Source of the DNA: Marsupella aquatica
Lineage: Eukaryota; Plantae; Marchantiophyta
Assembly: GCA_973895155.1 (NCBI GenBank)
Contig: OZ316895.1
Span: 11,763,919 to 11,827,918 of the forward strand
Length of the DNA stretch: 64,000 bases
Direction of reading: 5' to 3'
The position numbers and the translations under genes are program-made. Under the pieces are notes generated by a model, which searched no databases, was not told where the DNA came from, and saw nothing but the letters and a program-made list of their open reading frames with translations. How positions within the stretch are numbered: the first letter of the stretch is position 1; the number at the start of each line of letters is the position of its first letter. Below, piece by piece: positions 12,770-24,913 of this stretch.

Positions 12770-13024
12770 AAGAACACTTATTAGTAGACTCCCCCACCCC
12801 AATAGTGACACACATTCATTATAAAGAACCCATTGCAGGGTGAGCCCCTGCACTAGGAGGAAGAGAGTATTACATCCACCCTAAACTCCATGGACACTAC
12901 TCACAAAACCCATCACACCCACACACATGTACCTTCCACACCCCTGTGTGTGCAGGGAGGGGATTGAACCAGGGACCTATCAGTTCCAGGCTAATCCCCT
13001 AGCCAACTGACCTAAGCCTAGACC
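12770..13024 (-). mobile_element. tRNA-derived SINE-like element
   Basis: The minus strand has a Pol III A-box-like TAGGTCAGTTGG (13003-13014) and a B-box GGTTCAATCC (12961-12970) at tRNA spacing, an anticodon-arm-like ATTAG-CCTGGAA-CTGAT, then a non-tRNA GT-rich body. The 3' end is approximate. Confidence 0.55.
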
Positions 13025-14198
13025 TATTTGAGTACATATTGCTCTGCTCATTGTCCTGGAATGAAAAGGGGAACAATTGGAAGAGACCACATTACCACAA
13101 GTTTGCATTGGAGGCCAGCCTGGTCATATCCAAATTTTGGTTGTGCCATGCCATATTTTAGATCTCACTCCAGAAAAAACCCTAAAATTTTGCAACCTCA
13201 TATCTCCTGTTTCAATCTTTGCAGAACAGTGTCATAATGCATAAATTTTACTCAACATTGGATACTGTCCAAAATAAACCAGGTACCATTGTGAAGAAAA
13301 GTTGATGTGCACTAAGATGACTAATATTTTCCTCTCCTTCAGATATTGTGAACTAGTATCTGTTTTCACAAGCCTGCCTGTCTGAGCTTTGCTCATGAAT
13401 AGATACAGTAGTGAGTACCATAACCCTGTCTCCAGTTCCACCACTTAAGCTAGTTGTGCCCGAGAGTCACCATCTAGAGGCTTTACTCTAGACTGTAGGC
13501 CATTACCCTACCTTTCTTGTGTTCTTCACTAGATAGATTTGTTTGTTCTACAACCTCAAGTTTCATAACATAGCAGAGGGATCATTGGACTGCCATGGTC
13601 TTGGACAACTGAGATAAATTAAAGGGTTATGTGACACTACGACAGAAAACAAACCAAATCTTGGGTTAGATTGTACCTGGGTTTTACTCTCAGTAAAAAT
13701 TTCCATTCAATACGGAAAATTAAAATTAAAATAAGGAGATCTTGGATTAGAAATGGGTGAACAAAATAATCAACACCCCCACAATGCACTACTATACTGT
13801 AGAAAATGCAAACAATATAAAAATGCGTGGGAATCTCAGTTTCACCACGAACCCCACCTTCTTAGGATTAAAGTGGACTAGCACAGTAATCTGCCAGCTC
13901 CCCAGTAGACTGCGTTGTCCCTTTCTCCATCCTCTGTGACCGCGTAGTCAAACCTTCGAACTGCATTTCTCCCCTCCTTCCTTTCCTTCTTTATGACTCT
14001 TGTTACTCATTCGAGAATCCCTCTGCCCCACACTCTCGAACAGAGCACATTTCCGCAACTGGCCTGAAGCTCAAATTCCCTTCAGGGATTCGGAGCTTCG
14101 AGCCTTCGAGAACTGGACCGGAACTCGAGCTGCTGTAGCTGGGCTGGGTGGATTGTATTTGCGGGGTTTGGGTTTTTCCCCTCCCCCTCCTCTCTGAA

Positions 14199-17100
14199 AT
14201 GATGGGCGGCTCAGCTAGAGCGCAGCTACTGCTGCTGCTACTGCTGGTCCCTGCATTGGCTGCCGCGGAGATCATCTTTGAGGAACGGTTCGAAGGTGGG
14301 ACTTGTGTGTTATGGGCTCAGTGCAGTTCAGGATAGCTTTACAGATTCTTGTGGAGTGTGTGCTTGTGGGCTTTGTTCTGTTGAGGTTTAGCTTTACGTC
14401 TGTTCTATTCGAAATTGGAGAGTGATGACCCTGCAGGTTCGACTTAGATTATGGGACCAAATCGTTGCTTAGTGGAAGCAAATGTCATGGTCAAATGATG
14501 AGCTTTGTCAAGGTGGTTTTATGTTTGAATCTGGACACATGATCTATTTTGCTACAGACTTCCACATGGCTTCTAGAGAGTTCTTCGTCGATCGTCTTCC
14601 CGCCCAGTCATTCGATCCATTATGGGGATATTGTCGTCTCATTGGAGAATGTGTTGGCATAGCTCAGGATCGAGCTCCACACACTTCTGGCTTCTGATCG
14701 CCCTGGATTTGTTGTTGCAGAACCTTCAGTGCTCTGCAAGGCCGTTTCTTAGACACTTCCCACTTCGCCCGCTTTAGCCAGTGGGAAGTCTAGTAAAGTG
14801 GTTTTCTGTTTCCTTCGAAATATTGTCACAATTTTGATGTTGTTATGTCATCCAGATGGGTGGGAGAGTCGTTGGGTGAAATCGGACTGGAAGAGAAATG
14901 AGGGACTTGCTGGCAACTGGCTGCACACAGCCGGAAAGTGGTACGCAGATGACTCGGAGAAAGGTAAGCACGTACTTGACTACATTGTCACCCTGTCTTT
15001 GATTTCAATCTTAGCCTGAGACTGCACTGAATGATCTGACTTCATTGTCCTTACTGGTGTTTCGTCAGGAATTCAGACACATCCAGATGCGCGTTTTTTT
15101 GCCATTTCAACCAAGTTCCCGGAACCCTTTAGCAATAAAGGACGGACTTTGGTTCTACAATATACAGTAAAGCATGAACAGAAAATTGAGTGCGGCGGTG
15201 GATATGTGAAACTCATGAGTGGTTATGTGAATCAGAAAAAGTTTAGTGGAGATACACCCTACAGGTACAGTACCCAACCTGCTAGATGCACCTCGCAGGC
15301 TCTCATCTGGCTTGCCTGATCTTAGGCTGTATATATTCTTCTTCAACCTCCTAGGCTCCATCGTCGCAAGTTATAATATGGACTGGCTGTGTTTGGTGCA
15401 GCATCATGTTTGGGCCGGACATTTGTGGGACACAAACAAAGAAGCTTCATGCTATCGTCCAGTACAAGGGTCAGAACTATCCTATAAAGAAAGTTGTGCC
15501 CTGTGAAACGGATCAGCTTACCCATGTATATACCTTTGTCATACGACCTGATGCGTCTTACAGCATTTTGGTTGACAACCGGGAACGGGAGTCAGGGAGT
15601 TTGTATACTGACTGGGAAATTCTACCCCCGCGGAAAATCAAGCAAGTAGGCGCCAAGAAGGTATCACTCCCTGTCTCCTTTCTTTTGCAAGGTGGGACGT
15701 CTTGCAATGTAGTAGCCTGATTTAACCAGGTGCAGTCGGGTACTTCACAGTCCTGGTTTTGTGTTGGTGTCTCAGCTAGTCAATTTAGTCAGTTTTGTCG
15801 CTGTCACTTATAATTCGTTCTGACTCTGTCAATGCAGCCTGCTGACTGGGATGATAGAGAGTACATCCCTGATCCAGATGCCAAAAAGCCAGACGTAAGA
15901 ATTTATGATCTCTATACTGTACATTCCAATTTTAAAGTCTCTCGTGAATATTTTGACTTGCGTTTATAAGAGAGATAAACTTCCCTCGAAGTCTTGTCTT
16001 GTTTAAGACAAGTAGGATCTGGATTGCCTTATTGAGTCTATTCCTTGTCTTTGGTTCAGGACTGGGATTCAGAACGTGCTCAAATCCCTGACCCGAAATC
16101 CAAGAAGGTGTGTGAAACATAAGGAGGGTCTGAGCATTTGCTTTTCAACTTTTTGCAACTGCAGGCGCTGGTTGGACTTTTAACACTTCTTTGGAAGATA
16201 TCTTGCAACGTTGGAGTATGCCTGCCTCTCAAAGAATGAGACGCATGCATTTGATTTTGATTGAATTCCTCTTCACTAAATTGTACCGTCTAATTGTGCA
16301 TTAAGCCTGATGATTGGGATGAGGACGAGGATGGTGAATGGTTCCCTTCGAAGATCCCCAATCCTAAATACAAGGGACCATGGAAGCCCAAGGCAAGTAT
16401 CTAGTGTATATAACGCTTGCGGTTGTGTATTCGATAAGTCGTGCTGAGAAGATTTCCCCAACTGATGCCTGGAAACGTCATCTCTAACAATATTTTGTGT
16501 ACAGAAAATTAGGAATCCTGCATACAAAGGAAAATGGAAAATTCCCTACATTGACAATCCAGGTACTGATACATAGAATGGCATGTGTAAGTTGATATTT
16601 GCTGAGGCATCCTTCTGCCAAGCACCAAATTTTGTAGACATTTTCTTGCGCTCCTTTATACAATTACTAATATTGCTCGTGCAACAGAATTTGAAGACGA
16701 TCCAGACCTTTACGTCTTTGCTCCCTTGCAGTACTTTGGAATTGAACTTTGGCAGGTATGATAACTGACTTCAGAGGCTTTGTTATTGTTAAATTCTTGT
16801 AATTTAGACATTTGTAGGTGGTCACGTTTACGGCAAGTTTTGAATTGATGTGCCATGATGGGCTGCAAAGAGGGTGCGTTATAATAAGCTAGTTTATGCT
16901 CATCATAGTTGGTGATTTAGCATGCACCGATCTTTGCAGGTCAAGGCAGGCTCACTTTTTGATAATATCCTGATCACGGATGATGAGGAATATGCTAAGA
17001 AGGCTGCGGACGAGACTTGGGGCCAAATTGTGGAGGTCAGTTGATACCAAACACTGTGATCGTTCCAGCCTTCCACTTCTTAACTATCGCATTCACAGCA

Positions 17101-19177
17101 TTCCTCCTGGGCCCTCCCTTTCTTTTTAACCTTCGGTCATCATTTGCCCTGTCTTTGCTGGCTAAAAGGTGCGTTGTCACTTTGGGGTTCGCGCAGAGTG
17201 AAAAGGAATCTTTTGATGAAGCAGAGATGAGGAGAGAAGCTGATGAAGAGGTAATCATCCATCTTTGACACGACTATCGGCCTCTTGTTGGTTGAAGATG
17301 CATTCATGGCATTCCCACTTGAGTCCCCTCTCCTGCCAATCTCATATGAGCGAAAATTTGGAGGACATACATTTCCTACAAGCATTCCCAAACTTATTTT
17401 GAAACCCCCGTCAGACCTGATTTTGGAAGTAAAAATCTGACTATAATGAGGAATTGGTGGTCTCCAGACAATTTGTCATTTAGACAGTTCTGGACAGCCT
17501 ATAGAGAATTACGCCCCTGGGTTCTCTGAGTGTAGGGGCGTTCTCTGAGTGTTTTACATTCAGAATAGTTTTCTTCTCATAAGAGAGAAATCAGTCCCTC
17601 CACTATGTCCTGTTTGTCAATCATCTGGTGGCTATTAGACTCACATATGCTAAGCACCTTAAGTGTTCCTGCCCTTATCCGGGACGTAGCAGACACAGAC
17701 TTGTCTGATGGGTCAATTGAACACGTGCACAACTCTCCTCGTTCAGAGGGAAGAGCTCTCATCTATTTAACTAATGCGATGAATAGCCTGAGTTGGGGTC
17801 TAGGCTTCCAGAGTGAAGCCTATAGTCCGTGACTCTAGGGCCCCACCAAAATTTATGTGGATGAAAAGAAGGATGGGATATTATGTACGTCGAAATGATG
17901 ATCAAGCATGATAATTTTTTTCATCGTTTTTATTAACATTCAAAAAATGGACATTCAGGCTAGTATTCGTAGCATGACTCTCAGTGACCCCACTCTTATA
18001 ATCGTCCTTTGGTGCGTATCGGATCTATAGAGAAGTGCGCAACAAGCCAGAGAGGACGGGGAACGCAGGAGGCGATCTAGAGACAGAGACTATGGGAGGA
18101 GACGACCACATGGACGAGAATATGAGCGACGATCTGGATTAAAGAGTCGTAATAGGGATGTCAAGAACACTTATAGACGGGTAAGTAAACCATACATGTG
18201 GACGTGACCCGTCATGAGTTAGGATTTTCATATGCAAAGCGTTAAAATATGTTTTGGAAGTGCTACTCGCTCATTGTAGCGAACGTCCCCACACAAACTT
18301 TGAATGACAGGTGCCTGAAAATTGAACTTGACCAATCTGCTGGTGAGAACATTCCGCTATTTAATGTGCAGAGCACACGATCTCTAAGGCTGATATCCTT
18401 TTCTAGGCTGACATTTGCCAAGTATGGCAGGCAACAACAGACTGTCATGTATGTTTAGGCACAGTTTTGCAAAATTGTGCCTAACGTAGGAGCATTGAAC
18501 AGCACCGGCTACTTGTATATTTTGTGGCTATCACTGGACCTGATAATTAGTACGTTTTTTTATTTCTAGTATCTTCCTCTACAAATATTTTGTTGATGTA
18601 GCCCAATCCCTTCTAAGGCTGGCCTAGCCCTTCTTTTCTGAGGGAGCTAAGTAGCTTCGTCTGTGAAAGATTCCTCCTATTTTTGCCTCATCCAATTCTC
18701 GACTCCAGTGGGTGTCTAGAGCCCACACTGAGGACCCAGATTTGAATCTCTGTTATGGTCCTCGACCGCATTAGCAGCACAAGAGCGAACAGGGGAGAAT
18801 CCTGTAGCATTGTCACATCCACAACTACAACGCCAAGTGCCCGGTTTATCAATAAGTTCCTTGTGTTAATGGCATTTAAATTATCATTGTTGGTTTTGTC
18901 CCGCATTTTGGAGACATTTATTATAAGTTGATTGGATTTGGTTTGCTCCCTGTACAGGATTATGACGATGACGATGATGACGACGATGACGACGACTACT
19001 ATCCTGTGAGTCAGACACGACCTTTCTCCTGGTGAATTTCATGTTTATTGGCAGTGGAGATTGTTGCAACCTCATGAAAGTTGGTCTGTGAACTTTGTTT
19101 AATCTCAGGCCTTAATAGTGAGTCGTTTCTCTGACATCTATTCTTATTCTGTTATCCAGGATCATGATGAGCTGTAG
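14199..19177 (+). CDS. CRT3: Calreticulin-3-type ER lectin chaperone, 14 exons, 447 aa
   Basis: Exons 14199-14295, 14856-14963, 15069-15264, 15402-15660, 15838-15894, 16060-16107, 16306-16392, 16505-16562, 16688-16755, 16940-17035, 17197-17250, 18031-18180, 18958-19005 and 19160-19177 (1344 nt, in frame). Signal peptide, [25 protein letters not shown]-domain repeats, an Arg-rich C-terminal region typical of the CRT3 clade, and terminal HDEL. Confidence 0.96.
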
Positions 19178-22100
19178 ATTCAAGAGATTAAGGACGATCA
19201 ACCAAGTTGGACTGCGCCTGTTCAAAATGTGCAGAGCTCCTTGTGGGCCAGTGACTTCCTGGATATCATGATGCCAAATAGTGGTACCCCTAAGTGAAGG
19301 TTTAGTACTTCGCTTGGCTGCATTCGACGATCAACAATCGCCAATGAGATGAACTGAACTTTTTGCAACCATATATATGGATTTTGACGTGGAAGTGACC
19401 CTAAATCTCACATCTTACGATCTTCTCTGCTATAGGGATTTACCTTTTATGACCATATAATGCAGTGAACTACGCTACTGTACCCGATGCCGTGTGTATG
19501 AACTTTGCAGTAAATGGTCTACAAGTACCAAAGAGTCAACTTCGGTCTAATTCCTATTCGAGTAAAGCCCAGTTTTCTGTGCTGTCTGATGGCAGGAACT
19601 GTTTGACCTCTTTGAAGGATAATAGCTTTTGTTCCCACAATGGATGATGCATAGGATTTGACCAGGAAACGCTTACAAGATTTGCTTAGTGAACAGTACT
19701 GCAGTTTTAGGTGTAGTTTCGATCTGGGATCCTAATTTGCAACATGGTAGCTGCGGAGTTTGATCTGAAAGAAAAATAGATGAATTACTTTGTTCACTAC
19801 ACTAATGAGTGTTATATCTCTGAATCGAATGTGCATACTGACCCAAAAGGAGTGAAGTAGGAGCCAAAACTGAAGAAAAGAGCTCACGTGAAGTTTACTC
19901 TCCACATCTTTTTGCTCGTTTTCAACTGTCCCTCAATCATGAGCACTTATCCATTAACCGGACGTGAATATGCTGGAACTAGGGATCTAGGCGTTTGGTA
20001 CTGAAGAATCTGAGCCAATTGAGCACGGATTCGAACTTGGAAAAGGGATTTTGACTCTGCCAAATTGGTCCACCGGGACAAACAAGTACGTCTCCACAAG
20101 TGTTACAGGGCAAACCCGATCTTACTTAAGATGGATAGTCGTTTGAAAGAACTTGAACGAAGCTGGCAGACTAGTCAATCTGCCTCGCAGTCTTGTCAAT
20201 CTGTCATCATACAGTTGATCGTGTTTCACAGGAGAAGCCCGATGACGACCAAACTTGCCGTCTTCTTAAAGATTGCAGCCCCAAAGGAACGGCATCTTTT
20301 AGCCCAACATGATCTGGCACAGCTCGAAGAGCCACAATCATAACTAGTGCTTAGGTGAAAAGAGGAATCACTACAGTAAGTGATTCCTAGAGGATGCACC
20401 GGCAGTGAATGATGGTTTCTTTTAGGCCCCAAAACTGCCCGATCAGGAACTTCTGAACAACTTTGGTACAACCCACAAGATCATGGAAGGTCGGTCTCGA
20501 AAAGAGTTACGAGTATTCGGTGAGTTGTCCATGAAAACAACCCAATAGACACGGATCTACTCATACTCTTCAATGTCGGTTTCTCGGCGTTCGAGCATCT
20601 TGCGGTAAGAAGACAACAATGAGCTTCTTGCCACGACCACCGTGATCGCCCCACAGCCTGGAGTGATTCCGGCCAGGAATGTCGAGAACTCGTTTTTACA
20701 TGACGAGAATGATGACTTTCTCGATTGCAGCTGTGCTGCTCTGCCCCTGCCAGCAGGACAGGACTCCGGTCTTCCCCCAAACACACATCCATGGACTTGT
20801 GTTGGACGTGTCGGAAAATTGAAATTTTTTTGTTGGGCCGCCAAAAAGTCATTTAACTCGAAGACAACCTTTTTTTAGCACAATGCCCACTTAGCTCACC
20901 CATAACATCTTCTTCACATAAGGCACTGGTGTGCTCCTTTCTCAAGGTCCTTCCCCTTAACTATTGTGAGATGTCACTTTTTATCTCTCATGAGAGCCAT
21001 GCCTTGTGTGTTGCATAATTGGGTGAGTGAGACTGCGAGGGCCTGGCAGGAGTCGTGGGCACTGGTCAGGTTGCATACCGGCTCCACTCCTGGGCACTGG
21101 GCAACACGGCGTACATCAATTATGAGGGCAGTCGAGCATACCCCTGCCTCAGGCCCGACTTGAAGATGGAGTACCCCTGCCTCACCCCTTTTTTGCATTC
21201 AAGGGACCCCTTTTTACATTGAATGTTTAGAGAAAAAATGCAAAAGAATCCAACAGTTGCTGATCATTTCTGCCCAGAACTGTTTTTGTAAGCGGACGAC
21301 GGACAAAATTTGACAAAATTTGACGGGATTGGGTATTATAGTTGTAGATTGTCAGTTAAGTGTATGGATACTATCTTTGTGTGGATACTATCTTTGTGTC
21401 ATTCATGTGCCAGCCACACCAACATAGACAGGATCTGGTCAGGAGGGTCAAATGTGCAGAATGATAGATTAGACGCTGCTGATGGGGTCCCACAATAGGT
21501 GTACTCATGCCCTGAAGGCATACGACAAAGGCCACTTGTATCCCTGTACAAGGTATGAGGTCACCCTATACGTCGTAAAGGCAGCTTGGGTGACCTTCAT
21601 GCTATATGTTATGTTCGAGCTGCCCACTCTGATCCAGTGTGCATCACTTTCAGTTCACTTCCCTTTGCAATTCAGTTTGACTCAACCATGAGAAAGTTAG
21701 CTGATGGTTCATGCAACAATATACCTTTCTGAAGCTTTGGAGCCCAGGTGGACTTTGGACAGTGAATATTCAATCCAATGAGAGCCATTTAAATATGAAG
21801 ATTGCAGCAAGAAGAATATAATCAGCCATCAAAGATCCCAAAAGTTTCTTGCCTACAAGTTTGGTTTGATAGGAAAATACCTAGATTCCAATTCAAGCAT
21901 GTATTTCTGATAACCAGACTTATTTCATGGGAATCTTTATCTAGAGTATTTTGAAACAGAATTTGACGAAAATGGGTTTAGTCAGGCAATATTTGGTTCA
22001 CAAAAGTGATATGTTACCATGTGATAATAATAGAGCTGGAACTTAAGGTTAATGCGGTGTGTTTTGTATTTAAATTTATTCTTTCCCCTTCACTAATTTC

Positions 22101-22320
22101 AGTGTTTGAATTAGCTAAACATTCCTTTCAGGGAGGAAATGTTGTTGGGAAGTAGAAAAAGTTTGCACTCAACCATTGCTCTCTAAGACACATGAGTTCT
22201 ATGTCTCGAAGTCATGCTAAAAGCCTAAATTCATCTAAAGTGGTGCTCATTGGTCATTCTTTTACAAAATGCCTGAGTTAGAACATGATGCCAATATTTG
22301 AACACAACATCCATTTAAGA

Positions 22321-22407
22321 GCTCAATGTCCACCCGTCCTCCTCCAACTTCAAATTTTTAAGAGAACCTATATGTTGAAGTTGGAGGAGGCTGGGTGGAT
22401 GTTGAGC
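22321..22407. repeat. 87-bp near-perfect hairpin
   Basis: 33-bp arms at 22321-22353 and 22375-22407 (29/33 complementary) with a 21-nt loop. Flanked by the direct repeat CCATTTAAGAGCTC (22311-22324 and 22413-22426). Confidence 0.85.
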
Positions 22408-23752
22408 CCTCACCATTTAAGAGCTCTTCAATGTTATGACAGCTCAGGATATAAGTCAGTTTGTCTGCCATATGCCACAAAATCTATCTCTGCAGCTGCT
22501 CGTCATCTCCCCAGAATGATCTTTTTCTTCAGCCTTGTCACTATCTTTACCTACCACTCTTGAGGCACTATCCCCAGCACTATCATTCCCACTTCATTTA
22601 TTATTAGGCCACAAGCCCAGTCATAATTGCAGGTGCCTTGTCATTGTGACCAGGTTGTCACTGCAGAGGTGTTGTGGTTGTTACAAAAATGTTGTCATAT
22701 GGCCATGTAGTTTGTGTAGTCATGTTGTGAAAATGTTGTCGTATCTGTTTGTCGTTGCTGTTACATAAATATTATCATTTTTGTTAATATTGTTATTCTA
22801 AATGTGATGTTGTTCAAATACATATTCTCATTTGTCGCAAAAATGTTAGTCATTGTTGGGGAGGGTTCAGGGCACTCAAAAATGTTGCCTCTTGCTCTTC
22901 TCTTTTCTTCTCTTCTCTTAGTTTGCTTTTCTACTTGTAAGTTTTTCCTCCCCTTTTCCCTTCTCTCCTCCCCACCACCCTTATCAACTCATCTCCTTCC
23001 ACCTCTTCTCCTCCCCGCTCTTCCTCCCATTACACACCCCAGCCCTCTCATTTTCCCTCCCTCTCTTCCTAACCATCTTGCAGCTCCTTTCTTCCTCCTT
23101 GCAATTTTCAAGGCTGCCCAAGCAGGCTTGCCTGCTCACATGCCGCCACCCTGCACAACTTTACATACATGAGAGCCAGGGTTGGTATCTTGGACGGATA
23201 TTTGTTACCTTGCACCATATGCCCATCTCTCCGTCAGACCATTCTTTGTCAATTTCATGCCCCACCAGAACTCTCTTTTTGGCGTTTGGTCTACCTAGGG
23301 ATTTATCTTGTTTCTATTCTTTGTTGGGTATGCTGTGTTTGGGATCTTGTCTCCTGATTTGGCTTTTTTTGTTTGTTGGTAGTATGTCTCATAACCAGAA
23401 GGGCAATAAAAATAACTTGGCCCAAGTTAGCAAGTCTGTCACTTACTTCTTGGAAAACTTCTCTGACCATGACCAACCCAAGCCATGCGCAAAAACTGAG
23501 TAGTTTGAGACACCCTACTGAGCGGGATGCCATACTCTAATAGTAAGGTAAAGCTCTATCCATCCCAAACCCTTTGCTCAATGAGATTCTTAAACTTTCG
23601 TGAGAATTTATGAATGATGCATTTAATGACCCCAAGCACACAGTCCACCAAAAAAAGAAATAATAAAAATTAAAATAAGTGACCCCCAAGCACGCAGTCC
23701 ACCAACAAGGTCTAACTTACCCCCACCCCCCAAAGCACGGTAATGAAACCAA

Positions 23753-23760
23753 TATAAATA
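23753..23760 (+). promoter_or_regulatory. TATA box candidate
   Basis: TATAAATA followed about 25 nt later by a CT-rich leader-like tract. Possibly the upstream promoter of the PTI1-like gene. Confidence 0.35.
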
Positions 23761-23949
23761 ATTACGGAAACCGCTGGCGTATCTTTCTCTCGCACACTCT
23801 TTTCCCCTCCTTTTCTGCAGGTCCCGTCCCGTTCCCCTCGCCGTTTGTGTACCCGTCGCTCCGTCAGTCCGTTCTTTGTCATTTTCACACCCCACTGGCA
23901 CTCAGTAAGTCAGTGTGGCTCTCTCTCACTGTACAGTAAGTTGTACCCT

Positions 23950-24197
23950 TACTAAGTTACAGCTCGATACAATGGCTAAAACGGACTCGGACTCTTCGTA
24001 ACTTCCTTCTCGATACAGTGGCTCACCTCTTAGGGTAAGTCAGCGCTCGATACAGTGGCTCACCTACTGGACCTCTTTAGCAAGTTAGCGCTCGATACAG
24101 TGGCTGACGGACTGGACCTCTTCGTAAGTTAGCGCTCGATACAGTGCCTGACGGAGTGGACCTCTCCGTGAGGTGCTCGATACAGTGCGCTGACGGT
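23950..24197 (+). repeat. Degenerate minisatellite, 6 units of 37-46 bp
   Basis: Core CTCGATACA(G/A)TG at 23963, 24009, 24046, 24091, 24135 and 24176. Units share (G)TAAGT..GCG and GGACCTCT. Confidence 0.88.
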
Positions 24198-24202
24198 GAG
24201 CG

Positions 24203-24262
24203 AGAGGAGAGGAGAGGAGAGGAGAGGAGAGGAGAGGAGAGGAGAGGAGAGGAGAGGAGAGG
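24203..24262. repeat. (GGAGA)n microsatellite
   Basis: About 12 perfect pentamer units. Confidence 0.95.
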
Positions 24263-24283
24263 CACCACACGACGAGAGGAGTC

Positions 24284-24501
24284 ATCAGACGCGAGGGCGG
24301 GGTTGGGGAGGGCGGGGCACGAGGAGTAAGTTGCTCCAGAAGGGGGGGAGGCACAACAGTAATCGTAGTACACAGGAGGAGGAGCGGGAGAGATCAGACG
24401 CGAGGGCGGGGTTGGGGAGGGCGGGGCACGAGGAGTAAGTTGCTCCAGAAGGGGGGGAGGCACAACAGTAATCGTAGTACACAGGAGGAGGAGCGGGAGA
24501 G
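24284..24501. repeat. Perfect tandem duplication, 2 x 109 bp
   Basis: 24284-24392 is identical to 24393-24501 as read by eye. Confidence 0.93.
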
Positions 24502-24877
24502 GGAGGACGGGTGTCGAGGAGGGAGGAGGGAGGAGGGACGAGGGGAAACGAGCGAGAAGCGAAGAAATGAGAAGAGAAGAGGTAAGACGGGAGTGGCCGA
24601 TCGCCCGAGGAGAGTTGAGTGAGATTGGCTGGATTCGGGTTGTCAAGCGGATCTGAGGAGGAGTGAGTGGGGTGCAGCTGGTGGGTTGATGAGTTGATGG
24701 TGGTGCCGCGTGGTGGTGCTCAGGTGCTGTGCGTGACGGTCGGATCGGTTATATAGATCCTGTCTTATTGAGCTTTCTGTTTGGTGACTGAATGAATGAA
24801 TGAGTCGGTCAATGAGAGACATTAATGGCCGGTGGTCAAACGGAGAGGAGTTGAGACTCAGCTTCACACCACCGCTC

Positions 24878-24879
<2 letters not shown>

Positions 24880-24910
<31 letters not shown>
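24880..24910. repeat. (GA)n microsatellite
   Basis: About 15 GA units in the probable 5' region of the kinase gene. Confidence 0.93.

Positions 24911-24913
<3 letters not shown>

Noticed and set aside
12950-13024. Functional tRNA gene
   Set aside because: The acceptor stem does not pair convincingly and the loop lacks the invariant U33. It fits a SINE head or pseudogene better.
23950-24197. CRISPR-like repeat-spacer array
   Set aside because: The context is eukaryotic, the core is only 12 bp, the intervening sequences resemble each other and there are no cas genes. It is a minisatellite.
24077-24646. 189-aa minus-strand ORF and overlapping frames
   Set aside because: They arise from microsatellite and tandem repeats that lack stops, and the translation is low-complexity.
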